A stretch of 63,208 nucleotides of DNA, the filler included, from Chiloscyllium plagiosum (taxonomy: Eukaryota), in NCBI RefSeq assembly GCF_004010195.1. It is 5 parts of one record of this genome, joined end to end, with 100 filler letters (N's around TTAATTAATTAA, not from the genome) between each part and the next. Parts side by side here need not be neighbours in the genome. Positions count along the whole stretch, not along the records: positions 1 to 28,085 come from NC_057717.1; positions 28,186 to 35,554 come from NC_057717.1; 3 more parts are not named here. One strand, written 5' to 3'. The position numbers were made by a program, and so were the translations under genes. Positions 23,650 to 35,554 of this stretch are shown piece after piece. Under the pieces are notes generated by a model, which saw only the letters and a list, made by a program, of their open reading frames with translations, made no database searches and was not told where the DNA came from. How positions within the stretch are numbered: position 1 is the first letter of the stretch; each line of letters opens with the position of its first letter.

Positions 23650-26600
23650 ATAGCTTGTACATTTCCAATGCATCCTGGCACTATGCTGTCCAAAGAAATT
23701 CCATGTTCTTCTTTAGTAAATCTGTCAGTAGTGCCCCCATGCTGCTGAAATTTGGAACAAACTCCCTGTCGAATTTGCTCAGTCCCAAAAGCCGAAGCAC
23801 CTATTTCTCCATGCTCAAGGAAATTCCTCCATTGCTTTCATCCATGCGTTCTTTGGAATCATCCTTCCATGTTCGATGGTATGTCCCAAGAATGTCACAA
23901 TTTTTTTTTTAAGTTTATTTCCACGTTTGTTTTTAGGAATCACTCAGGGCATTTTGCCAACTGTCACATGTAATCTTTCCATGAATGGCTAAAGATCACC
24001 ACATCATCAGGTTATTTCTTAATCTGGCCACAAGTTTGTTTATGAGTCTTTGGAACGTGGCTGGTGTGCTCTTCATTCCAAAGGGTATTACTTTGAATTG
24101 ATACAGTCCATTTGGGTTACCAAATGCAGAAACATTTTTCGCTTTCTCTATTAAAGATACCTGTTTGTAACAATGCAGTAAATCAACTTTGTGATGTGAC
24201 TGGCTTGTCCCACTTTCTCTGTACAGTCCTCCAAACTAAGTATTGGCTATGAGAGCAATTTTATTACGTCGTTGACCTTCCAATAGTCCAAAGAATATTG
24301 TTGAGTTCCATCAGCTATGGGAACTAACAAGATCAGCGAACTCCACTCCACTCTGCCTCGGCTCGATGATGTCTTCATTGAGTATCACATTCACTTCCTT
24401 CTGTACCTGTTGGGCTTTGAAAGGATTAAGCCAGTAAAGGTATGGTTTTATTAGAACAGCATTCCTTACATCCACCTCATGCACACTGGTATTAGTCCTC
24501 CCATTTTATTCCTGCATATGTCCTCATAATGCTGCAACAAACCTTGCGATTGTGTTCTTTGCTCATGAAACAGATAGCTAATTCTCCCACCCTATTCTTT
24601 AAGATCTTCCTCATTATTTAACACACTTTGAGGCACATCAAACTCCATTACATCTGGATCTGATCTGTCACTCGGCAGAGCAATACATAACACATGCTTC
24701 GCCAATTCCCTGTCATTATTATAGTAAGGTTTCAACATATTCAGATGGCATGCCCAATACAGCTTCTTTTCTGACCAGCATCTTTATCAGATAGCTTGCT
24801 TGACTCAACTTTTTCTCAATTTGATAGGGACCACGAAACCTGCCTTTGAAGGTATCTCCTACTACTGGAAACAATACTAATACATCATAGCCTTGGGAAA
24901 ACGTCTGAATTTTACAGTTTCTAACTGCCAACTGCTTCACTGTATGCTGTGCCCTACTCAGGTGCTGTTCAGTTAACTCACCTTCTCGATTTAATTGTTC
25001 AATCACCACTGTCACATAATTCAAGTGTGAGTTCTCTGACTTCGATCCTAACAAATTTTTAGTTTCAAAGTCCATCTCACTTCCTGTCCAAATATAACTC
25101 AAAGGTAGTAAACTGAGTAGATTCATTTGGGGCTTCTCTCATGGCAATCCATACAAGTTCGATACCTTCATGCAGTGTATCCTGAATGTATATTGTCTTC
25201 AGGGTCAATGCCAACTTTCGAAGGCTCCCTGGGATTTTGGATAGTACGGACTTGGTTTAAAGTGTTGTAGATTAGAGTGCTGCTGGAAAAGCACAGCAGT
25301 TCATGCAGCATCCGAGAGCAGGAAAATCGACGTTTCCGGCATAAGCTCTTCATCAGGATTCCTGATTCTAGAATCTGGTTTCCATATCTGCAGTCATTGT
25401 TTTTATGCAGTTTAAAGTGTTGTATGCTATCCAAGATTTCCTTAAACGTCTCAGCAGTATAATGGGACCGTTGGCCTGATTGAATCTCTCCAGGTAGCCC
25501 ATAACGGGTAAAGAAAACTACCAATTCCCGACCATCCTAATTGTCTTAATACTCCGTAATGAAATTGCCTCCGAAATCTAGTAGACGTATGCACTCTGGT
25601 TAGCAAGTGCTGATTCCCAAATTACTTTTAGCGAGGGGACCTCCACAATCAATCATAACCCGTGTGAAGGATTCTTCAAATGCGGGAATTGGCAACAAAA
25701 CTACTGATTTTATTACTGCCTGTGGCATACCTACCATTCGGCATGTAATAACATGTATGGCAATATTCACCACATTCTTGTGCATGCCAGGCCAAAGGAA
25801 GCGTTTTTGTACATTAGCCCGAGTCCTCCTTACACCTCAGTTACCTCCTTCTGGTAATTCATGTTCTACCTATAACACTTCCTGTCTGTATGCTACAGGC
25901 AACACAATCTGGTGTACCTCTGCCCATTTCTCCTCTGCACTAACCAGCTGGGGTCTCCACTTTTGTTTTAGGCTTCTATCCTTAAGATAATAACCCTCAG
26001 GAATACGTTCTGATTCCTTTTCTAAGTTGGCATCATAATATATATCTTCTCATCTTTCTGTTGCAAGTCTCTTAGCCTTTCTGGACTAAACGCTTCTGTC
26101 TGACCCATTGCGTTTTAAGGGTTTTCCTGTACCATTACATCATACAGGGTGTCAGCTAACTTAACTTCAACGTCTTAATCTTTCCTTCTTGCTGTAACTT
26201 ATGACAGTGCCTTCTTACTACGACTGGAAAACGTCCATGGCATTCTTCCTGTAACTCCTTAGTTCCCCGATCCTCCGTTGGCTTCTCCACTGCAAGGGGT
26301 GTCACTCTCACCTTGGATCCTGCTAAATAATTCCCAAGGACAAATTGTATTCCTGAAACTGACATTCTGTCAATCACTCCTACAGTTACTTCCCCAGTCT
26401 TGATTTGGCTCTCCAACCTGATCTTACACAAGGGTATGCTAACTTTCTGCCTATCTATTCAACAGATTATTACCTTCTCGGGTAACATGTCGGAAAGGGT
26501 GAAAATATTTCATCTCTTACTATGAGAGACTGAACAGATCTCATACCTCATGAAATAATAACTTATTTCCTGTCTCTTCCTGATCTTCCTGAGTAAACTT

Positions 26601-27503
26601 TTCCCACAGAGATAAAGTCTTTACAGAGATCAGCAACTAACTCAATATCCCACCCCTGCCAAGGCTGTGCACTCTCCTGCAGCTCCTTGGCTTTTCTTTG
26701 GATGTTCTTTACTACTTTCCCTAATACCATTGGATTAGCCTCTTTTGCCACATCTTTTCCCACAATGTCATTCTTCCACGACCAGCACTGTGACTTTTCG
26801 TGTCCCATCTTACCACCATGGAAACACCTGAGGCCTTTCATTTTCTTGGAATTCTTTTTATCACCAATGAAGAACTATTATAAGTGTGCTAGACTCTTTG
26901 TTTGATAGTGAAGGATCTCGCCTGCTTCCAATTTTTAGCCCTCAGACGGATGAAATTCGTGTCAGAAACTAAATTTCACGTCATGCATCAATGCACATTT
27001 CTCAGTCATCTCTGCTGCTCTTCTCACTTCATGAAGTTTCTGTTCATCACGTAAGTTCTCTGGAAATGCGTTTGTGAATCCCTCCAGCACAATAAACTCT
27101 CCTGACTTCATTTCCATCCTCTGAACTTGATTTTCCTAACTACTTTGCAACTACTGAAGTTCATACTCTCTCCATTTCTCTTTCTCCTTCATCTCTCTCA
27201 TTGCTGAGTGAAGAAACTTCTCTCCTTTTTCTCTCTCTCTTTCAGTCTTTTACTCCCTCTCTTCTCAGTCTCCGTTTCTCTCTCTTTCTTCTTTCTTCTC
27301 TCTATCTTTTTGCTCAGCTAATATCCTTCTCTTCCTTTCTTTTTCTTCTCTTCCGTTTGGCTCATACACAGTTTACGTTTTTCTAACTCTGCTGCACTTC
27401 TGTTTCTCTGATATACCTCAGTGTTTGATCAAGTCCATTTCAATTTCCTTATGTCCTCGGTTAAAACCAATTCTAATCTGTTTGCTAATTCCAAAAGAAT
27501 ATC
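23650..27503 (-). mobile_element. Gmr1-like Gypsy retrotransposon internal region, order gag-PR-IN-RT, degenerate
   Basis: Zn knuckle CFHGGKMGHEKSQC near 26800; degenerate PR near 26540; IN IPAFEESFTRVMIDCGGPL (25600-25785), FTRYGLPGEIQSGQ and RFRGPYQI (about 24830); RT GLYQFKVIPFGMKSTPATFQRL and DDVVIFS at 23990-24120. Confidence 0.88.
25250..25396 (-). mobile_element. Short Penelope-derived insertion in the integrase region, with hammerhead motif
   Basis: Minus strand reads GAATC-CTGATGA-AGAGCTTATGCCG-GAAACGTC-GATTT. Confidence 0.75.
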
Positions 27504-28003
27504 NNNNNNNNNNNNNNNNNNNNNNNNNNNNNNNNNNNNNNNNNNNNNNNNNNNNNNNNNNNNNNNNNNNNNNNNNNNNNNNNNNNNNNNNNNNNNNNNN
27601 NNNNNNNNNNNNNNNNNNNNNNNNNNNNNNNNNNNNNNNNNNNNNNNNNNNNNNNNNNNNNNNNNNNNNNNNNNNNNNNNNNNNNNNNNNNNNNNNNNNN
27701 NNNNNNNNNNNNNNNNNNNNNNNNNNNNNNNNNNNNNNNNNNNNNNNNNNNNNNNNNNNNNNNNNNNNNNNNNNNNNNNNNNNNNNNNNNNNNNNNNNNN
27801 NNNNNNNNNNNNNNNNNNNNNNNNNNNNNNNNNNNNNNNNNNNNNNNNNNNNNNNNNNNNNNNNNNNNNNNNNNNNNNNNNNNNNNNNNNNNNNNNNNNN
27901 NNNNNNNNNNNNNNNNNNNNNNNNNNNNNNNNNNNNNNNNNNNNNNNNNNNNNNNNNNNNNNNNNNNNNNNNNNNNNNNNNNNNNNNNNNNNNNNNNNNN
28001 NNN
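27504..28003. other. Assembly gap (500 N); another 500-N gap at 58800-59299 and a 522-N gap at 38782-39303
   Basis: Seen directly. Confidence 0.98.
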
Positions 28004-28085
28004 TACATGCTTCCGTTCACTTTGTTCAATGTGCCTATCCAAGAGTCTCTTACGTTTCCCTCACGTATTTGACTCTATTACCACC

Positions 28086-28185
28086 NNNNNNNNNNNNNNN
28101 NNNNNNNNNNNNNNNNNNNNNNNNNNNNNTTAATTAATTAANNNNNNNNNNNNNNNNNNNNNNNNNNNNNNNNNNNNNNNNNNNN
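28086..28185. other. 100-nt artificial spacer 44N-TTAATTAATTAA-44N (also 35555-35654, 56094-56193, 62069-62168)
   Basis: Identical palindromic core with stop codons in all six frames, at the centre of four equal-sized gaps. Confidence 0.95.
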
Positions 28186-28382
28186 ACCATTGTTTTGTAG
28201 TCACGTTTCATTCTTGCATGCAATTTTAGCTAATACAAAAATAATTATGTATTTCCTCCACATAGTTGCATTCTAGTAGACTCAGCTCTTAGTTGAAACA
28301 ATTACACACTGGTGTGACTTCATTTACCTTGCATAAGTAATTATAATTGCAGAAATAACACTACTTTATCTATATCCCCACA
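28186..28382 (-). repeat. ERV 3' LTR, partial (runs into a gap)
   Basis: Aligns with 34343-34536; starts TGTGGGGATA just after the polypurine tract GAAAAAGGGGAA. Confidence 0.9.
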
Positions 28383-28559
28383 ATTTCCCCTTTTTCTTTA
28401 ATTACCATTTGTTACCTTCTGCATTTTTCTTTTAAGCATCGCTCCCAAAATTCGCAAGCATCATTCTGGAGATTTCTTCCATCTTGGTCTCACTCATCCC
28501 CTCATTATTTAGTCGATAAAGTTCCTCTGCCTGATTCCCTTTTAGGGGCATCTTTTTCA

Positions 28560-30242
28560 TTAAGGTTGTCTCAGTCTGTGAGTGAACCCTCGTATGCAGG
28601 GTATGATACAACAGCCAATGGCCACCAATGCCCCGGCTACTACTATCCTGGAAGTAAGGAGGGAAACCACCACCTCCTTCCATTTTCCAAACCATGATTC
28701 ACGCCATCCCGTGAGAGATGTGTCTACTCCTGAATTCTCAGCCAGTTCCTCTGCTAAGGTAGTCAATCCCCTGAAGGCCTGAGTAATTGAACCATCAGGC
28801 GCAATGTTATTAGGAATCAAGGTACAACAGCTTCTTCCTAACATCACACAAACACACACACACCCTTTTTCTGCTAACATTATATCAAGGGCCATTCTGT
28901 TTTTCCATGCCATCCCACTTGTCGCATCAAGCTGATCTGATATTCCTTTAACCGCATCTCTTGTATAATTTATAAATCACTGTTGATTATAGAAAATGTA
29001 ATTTATCCAATCTACATTTTTAATAATTGTTACCCACCAGAGGAGAGATGACTGAAAGCCTGCTGCAATCTGGTTTCGAGCCTTCAACTCATCAAGTACC
29101 CCCCCTCCCTCTAGGGACTCCTATAGAATCGAGATAAATCCTATCATCGAATGAAGTGTTTAACAGTAATCTCTTATCCCTTCCCTTTTTACCTACTATC
29201 GTTTCCCTTGCAAGTGCCAGGGTAAATGGAATTGCCAATTGTACAATTGCACATATCCCTCTCCAATCTGGAGGTAGGGTGGGTCTCAATATTTTGCCTC
29301 CACAGTACCACCACAGATCCGCTCGGTGAACCTTTACTGCTGAGTAGTTCCCTCCCTTCTCCGTTTCGGTGACATTCTTAATCTCTGAACAGAGTTTCAG
29401 CTCCCACAACTCTCTAGAACGACTTGTACCTCGTCTATGCACACACGACGTGTGATTTCCAACTGCGGCTGAAAACATGGCGGGGGGGCGCTTTTGAATC
29501 TTCCTTCTCCAAGGGAGGGAACATCAGAGATAGGGAGGTACAATTCTTATCATTCCATGCAGTCTTATCCTGATACAGGGCTATCATACATTTCATGCCC
29601 TTCCTATCTCGCTTCCACCCGAGCGGAAAGGGAACCACCTGCCCCACTGGAGGCACATGCATAGCAATTGCTCTTGTTCAGACTTTTTACAGTATACTTT
29701 ACCCATTCAACCCAGGCATTTGCATCCCCGTATCCAGTTTCTATTTCCATGGTCTGTTTCAAGTCCTTTACCTCTAAAATTTTTACTACTTTCGGGTCAT
29801 CGGGAGGGGTGGAAGGTTGTACCTTATTATCCAGTAGTTCTACCCGTTTTCCCTGTCCTACACTAATTCGAAAACAACAGCCCGAGAAATCCTTCCCGTT
29901 TGCTTTCATTTCTATGCCAAATACACTTTTAATCGGGACAATCGCGAGCTGGTCGGAAGGGCGCCCGGTATACTGTGACGACACCATTATACCAAGTACC
30001 ATCCCCAAGGCCATCCCCATAAGACTTAAGATGTATCTCTGAGCTGCGGTACTTCTGTGATTATCTACATCCCCACAATTTACTGAGCTGCATGCATCAA
30101 CGTCTATTACTTGTAGATTATCTGACTCAGGAACTGTTAATAATGCATATGAAAATAACATTTGACAAAATACCAATACTAAGAGGGCTAGCATCATAAC
30201 TCTAAGCATTCCCAGTATTCTAAAAATCGTGCTGAAGCACAA
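28560..30242 (-). pseudogene. env: Gamma-type retroviral env (SU-TM), disrupted
   Basis: Signal peptide; CYAC CxxC motif; furin-like RDKR; IYLDSIGVPRG; ISD KNRMALDIMLAEKG; CX6CC; TM helix; TGA at 28977-28979 and frameshifts near 29100, 29485 and 29650. Confidence 0.9.
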
Positions 30243-30833
30243 AAAGACTTAATATGCAACCTTACAGAAATAATCCCGCGCTCGCATCGCCACTGTATAA
30301 TCAGTTACTCAAAGTCTCTTTAGTCTGAGTTTCAGTGGTTCTTGCGTTGATTCAGCTGTCCAGACCTCTTCCTCAACTGGAGATTCCACTGGCTCTTTGA
30401 TCCGAGTGTAGTGAGTCCAGCCTTTTTCTGCCGTCCTTATTGCCGTTTCTGTCAAAAGAGCCTGATACGACACTTTTAATCGGGACAATCGCGAGCTGGT
30501 CGGAAGGGCGCCCGGTATACTGTGACGACACCATGATACCAAGTACCATCCCCAAGGCCATCCCCATAAGACTTAAGATGTATCTCTGAGCTGCGGTACT
30601 TCTGTGATTATCTACATCCCCACAATTTACTGAGCTGCATGCATCAAGGTCTATTACTTGTAGATTATCTGATTCAGGAACTGTTAATAATGCATATGAA
30701 AATAATATTTGACAAAATACCAATACTTAGAGGGCTAGCATCATAACTCTAAGCATTCCCAGTATTCTAAAAATCGTGCTGAAGCACAAAAAGAATAATC
30801 CCGCGCTCGCATCGCCACTGTATAATCAGTTAC

Positions 30834-31215
30834 TCAAAGTCTCTTTAGTCTGAGTTTCAGTGGTTCTTGCGTTGATTCAGCTGTCCAGACCTCTTCCTCA
30901 ACTGGAGATTCCACTGGCTCTTTGATCCGAGTGTAGTGAGTCCAGCCTTTTTCTGCCGTCCTTATTGCCGTTTCTGTCAAAAGAGCCTGATACGGCCCTT
31001 CCCAGTCCAGTTGCAAATTAGTCCCTGTTCATGATTTTCCGAAGACCCAAATCTCCCGGTCGAATCGGATGAACAGCAAATTCAAGGGGTGGAGTCTGTG
31101 CCAATAAACCCTGTTTCCTGAGGAAAGACAAAGAGGAGTACAAGCCCAGTATGTACTTCTTTAAGAACAAATCTTTAGTTTCTGGGATTGGCAGTAGCCA
31201 GAGATAGGAATTTCC
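30834..31215 (-). pseudogene. pol: Retroviral integrase C-terminal remnant
   Basis: LLAQTPPLEFAVHPI..LQLDWEGPYQALLTETAIRTAEKGWTHYTRIK. Confidence 0.85.
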
Positions 31216-31859
31216 CGAGGACCTGGGACAGTAGGTATTAGGGAATAAACCACCGCTTCCTGTGGATTCAGAGCTGCTTCTTTCGTTACCTCAACAGCCA
31301 GTAAGGTAGCTTTCCATTCTTTAATTAACAATGAATTAATGCAGTCATGTTTTAAATTAACCCGAAATCAATATGACAGGTCACTGAGAATGTGTGAAGG
31401 GACCCTGCAAATTAATATTGATTCAGGCTAACACAATCTATTTATTGTAAATATTAATTATTAATTATATTTTATATAAATATAAAAATCATTATCTGTA
31501 ATTCAGGGTGGAAACGCAACAAATGACCAAAACATTTTTAAAACTGTAATTGTGCAGTCCTATTTGTTTACCAGTCATTTGTGTTTTCTCATTCTGTTTC
31601 TGTAATTGTTTTGCTCGAGCACATTCATTTTTAAAAAAAAAACTCAACAGATTTTAAAGCACCATTTGCAGTTACTTCAGTCCCAATTTTGTGGCAGTAT
31701 TTTTCATCAAAGTTTTTTCTCATTCTGTTTCTGTAATTGTTTTGCTCGAGCACATTCATTTTTTAAAAAAAACTCAACAGATTTTAAAGCACCATTTGCA
31801 GTTACTTCAGTCCCAATTTTGTGGCAGTATTTTTCATCAAAGTTCATAAACGGTACTGT

Positions 31860-32050
31860 CTTTACTTCCTTTTTCAAATCTGGACACTCTCTCTTAAAGT
31901 GACCCGTCCTTTCACAGTAATAACATCCCGCCTGTGGGGATTTCCGCTTCGATCCTTGTTCCTGTCCACCAGACCCCTTAACATCTCCTCCCTGACCATT
32001 CCGGTTTCTTTCTCCTTTTAGCTTTGTCCTTTTCTTTATTATCTCATCAA
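31860..32050 (-). pseudogene. gag: ERV gag nucleocapsid remnant
   Basis: GCYYCERTGHFKRECPDLKK CCHC knuckle at about 31865-31935. Confidence 0.8.
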
Positions 32051-33144
32051 CCGTGGTTTATCATTATTTTTGCCTTTTGTTTTCACTTCTCATGTTACGT
32101 TGCCAGATCAATTTCTGACCCGATTTAACCAACTGAACAGCCTTAGGGCCACCCAAAGGCCGTTTTTCATCAGTCAATGTTTTATTTTGTCCTTGAGAAT
32201 TTTTTTAAAGAAATATTGCAATACTTCTTGCTCCCCATAACTTCAAATACCAATTCATCAATTTATGCTTGACTAACTTTAAAGCCTGTTCCTAACTTGT
32301 AAATATATTTATATATTTATATATTTACATTCATTTATTCAGTAGTTAATTTTTTAAAATGTAAAATGCATACAGTTCCCAACTTTGAAACCTACTATAA
32401 TTACCCAATTTTAGTCCCTCAATTTAAATCCAAAATTAGTTTTCTTAAGTAGTCCTGACCAATCATTGCTCAATTACATTGCTATAGGTCGTGAAATAAT
32501 CAGAGCCGCCTTAAAAGAATTTGTCTATTCAAGTTAAAAAAAAACTTCTAATTCATGAACAATGGCCGACTCCAAGGTCACAGATATTAACCATAGGATT
32601 TGTTTTTACTACAATCTAATTTTGAACTGAAACTTCAACTGTCCTCCATAAATCGTTTTTATGTAAGGATAAAAGAGATTAGTAAGGAACTGATAGTAAG
32701 GCAGTCATGACCTGTAAATAGAACAGGAGTTATCATTTTTTCATAATCACTATAGAATCCTTAACCTTAAAAGAAATCATGTTAAGTTTCCATAATAAAA
32801 TTATGAATTCCAGATTCAAAACAGTTCTGGAACTCAAGCTCCAGGGAATAAAGCGCAAACATTCAATCACCAACAAACAAATGCGCATTCAAAACAAATC
32901 ACAAAGGGTTAAACTTTCTACCAGCTGTACAGCCCTTTTCAAAGTTTGTGCGAAGATTACCCGAGCCACGTACAGCTCTTTTCATTCTCTCTCTCTCACA
33001 CACCATATCTCACAGGCACTTTCTGAGCTTCTCGCAACAACACGTCTGGGTGCTCCTCGCTTCAGCCCTCTATCTTTTGAATATTTTTTTGGCTGTCTGG
33101 CCATGATTTAGTTACAAAGTATACCCTCAGTAGCCCTTCAGCCA

Positions 33145-33471
33145 CTAGCCCTTCCGACTTGAAGTATAATCTGATTCCTCCTGACTGTAAAACTGTTTTT
33201 CATTGACAGATAAATTCAAATATTTACAAACCCAGTCTTCGTCCGACCCATACTTTGGCCAGAAGACGGCGGGACGAAGAATGGATTCCTTAGTCCATAC
33301 AGAGCAACAATATTTAATCATCTTTTTCCCTTGTACAAGTATTAATTTTCCCATTCCACAACATCCTGCCCAACAGACTTTCTGGAGGTGTGTTGTAAGG
33401 GACCCTACATCCATTTCCATTGCCTTTTTCTTCTTTTGTTCTCCCAGAGGCTTTTTCCTTACCCACAGCAC
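33145..33471 (-). pseudogene. gag: ERV gag matrix remnant
   Basis: KKMIKYCCSVW..FWPKYGSDEDWVCKYLN..SQEESDY, a class I gag N-terminus. Confidence 0.75.
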
Positions 33472-33773
33472 AACCCATATTGAGTTCCTTCGTTAGTCCC
33501 TTATTAACTACTAAAACCCAATCCCGACCACCAAGGCAGTACTTAAAAGTCAATTTTCTTACTCTGGTCTGTGCACAGAGTTGCCTGGCCCCTTTTCACC
33601 TCATTTTCTATCGACCTCCTTTCACTGTCTGATTCAGATGTCTCTCTTGTGGGATTCGTACCAGTCGACCAAGGGAGCGGACCAAACCGGGACACGAGAC
33701 CGCTCCTCAATTGGGAACAGGACGCGTCTTCCCAGTGTCCACGGCCAGCCACTCCCCACGGCGATGGAAGAAC

Positions 33774-33791
33774 ATCCCGGACGAGCTCCCA
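33774..33791 (-). promoter_or_regulatory. Primer binding site, tRNA-Pro
   Basis: TGGGAGCTCGTCCGGGAT versus canonical TGGGGGCTCGTCCGGGAT (1 mismatch), 2 nt after the LTR CA end. Confidence 0.9.
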
Positions 33792-33793
33792 AT

Positions 33794-34536
33794 TGTGAGA
33801 AACAAAACTCACTCACTTTAAGAATTTCAGTCCGAGACAAGATCTGAATCAGTAATGTCATTTATTTTACCCTTGCAAGAGGGTGCGATGTCCACTGTCT
33901 ACAAGGCAGGGACACACACACACACACACACACTGAATTCAACGAATACACGATATTTATGTACTTTGGTTCCTATTTTTTTATCCCATTTCTCCTCCCC
34001 GTTTACATCTTCCACTTCTCTAAGACCGGCACCCATTACTCCTGTTTATCTCTTGCCTTATTCGGCCTTGTCTGTGATAAAATGTTTATTTCTGGCCTCA
34101 CAAGGCCGTTTGACCACATCCCGCTATGGCCCATTGTTCTATATATCCTTTCTTCACCATTATCTACTCCGTCCATCTGTGCTTTCCCCAACCATACTGA
34201 TCCTTATGACCTTTTAATTGGGGTTTGTTCCTGTGTTTCTGTAAAAGTGGAAACAAATACTTATAACTACTGCTTGTGCAAGCATATCTGGCTTAACCTA
34301 CATCCTCACAACACCTTATCTATTTGTCTGTACCATCTACCGTTGTTTTGCAGTCACGTTTCATTCTTGCATACAATTTTAGCTAATACAAAAACAATTA
34401 CGTATTTCCTCCACATAGTTTGCATTCTAGTTGACTCAGCTCTTAGTTGAAGCTATTACAAACTGGTGTGAGTTCATTTACCTTGCATAAGTAATTATAA
34501 TTGCAGAACTAACACTACTTTACCTATATCCCCAAA
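33794..34536 (-). repeat. ERV 5' LTR (about 743 bp)
   Basis: Ends in CA before the PBS; AATAAA at 33861-33866; matches the 3' LTR; contains a (CA)n tract. Confidence 0.9.
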
Positions 34537-35554
34537 GTAATCTTACATGACTTCTGTCCTACTTCTGGGGCAGATATGTTGACATCCCTACGGATGGCCT
34601 CCGCCAGTGGCTCAATCACCAACGTAAACAACAATGGTGAAAGGTGTCAACCTGGAGAGATATTAATATTACTGGTTGGCACACCATTAGTGAGAACCGC
34701 AGCCAGAGGATCACGGTAAAGGACCCTCACCCACTTGATAAAAATTTTGCATAGACCAAACCGTTCTAATGTACAGAAGAGGTCCGGCCACTCAACCCAA
34801 TCAAATGCCTTCTCTCATCTAAAGTGATGAATAATCCCTTAACAGATTGTTGTTGACACTCTTGGATCATATTGAGTAAATTCTTAACATTGTAGGAAGA
34901 TCTGTGGCCCTTTATAAAGCCTGTTTGGTCCTCTTTGGCAACGGAAGGCAGCAAAGTTTCCAACCTTAATGCACGGGTCTCAGAATGGATTTTGAAACCA
35001 ACATTTAAAAGTGAGATTGGCGTGTAAGAAGCACAATCCTCCAGGGTCTTCCTTTCTTCATCATCAGAGAGATATGAGCCTCTCTTAAGGATGGAGGGAG
35101 GGATTCGTGACTGTATGAGCGACGGAACATGTTAAACATCAGCCCTGACAATAGGTTTATAAATTATTTATAAATTTCACTAGGAAATCCATCAGGAACG
35201 TGCGCCTTTACATTCGGATGCTGGTTCACACCCTCCTGCACTGAGAATGGTGCATTAAGGCACAACACTTATTCAGGGGTTATTCCTGGAAGACCCAGGT
35301 TCTTGAAAAATGACTCCATCTTAATACATATCCTCACATGTTCAGTCTGAAATAATTTGGAGAAAAATCTCGGACAGGAGGCATTAATCTTTTTGGAATC
35401 AAAGGTAAGGATCCCAGTACCTTCCCTAAGTTAGGTAATGGCTTGAGAGGGGCGCTCGTTTTCCTGGCAAGATAGGCTAAATACCTGCCTGGCTTATCAC
35501 CAAGTTCAAACAGCCTTTGTTTTGCAAAAGTAAGTACCTTCTTGGCTGTCTGTG
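34537..35554 (-). mobile_element. L1-clade LINE ORF2 RT fragment
   Basis: EDQTGFIKGHRSSYNVKNLLNMI, PISLLNVGFK, PDGFPSEIY, PLLFTLVIEPLA and FELGDKPGRYLAYL. Confidence 0.85.

Larger units (their letters stand above)
28186..34536 (-). mobile_element. Class I endogenous retrovirus, pol-deleted, with env
   Basis: Paired LTRs, tRNA-Pro PBS, PPT at 28383-28396, gag MA and CCHC remnants, integrase C-terminus, env. Confidence 0.92.

Noticed and set aside
27418..28137. Long X-rich ORFs (also 38714-39341 and 58716-59354)
   Set aside because: These are translations through N gaps.
28130..28141. TTAATTAATTAA palindrome recurring four times as a biological motif
   Set aside because: It is always centred in 44N+44N and encodes stops in six frames, so it is an artificial scaffold spacer.
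28560..30242. Domesticated syncytin-like env gene
   Set aside because: In-frame TGA at 28977-28979 and several frameshifts; this copy cannot encode a full Env.
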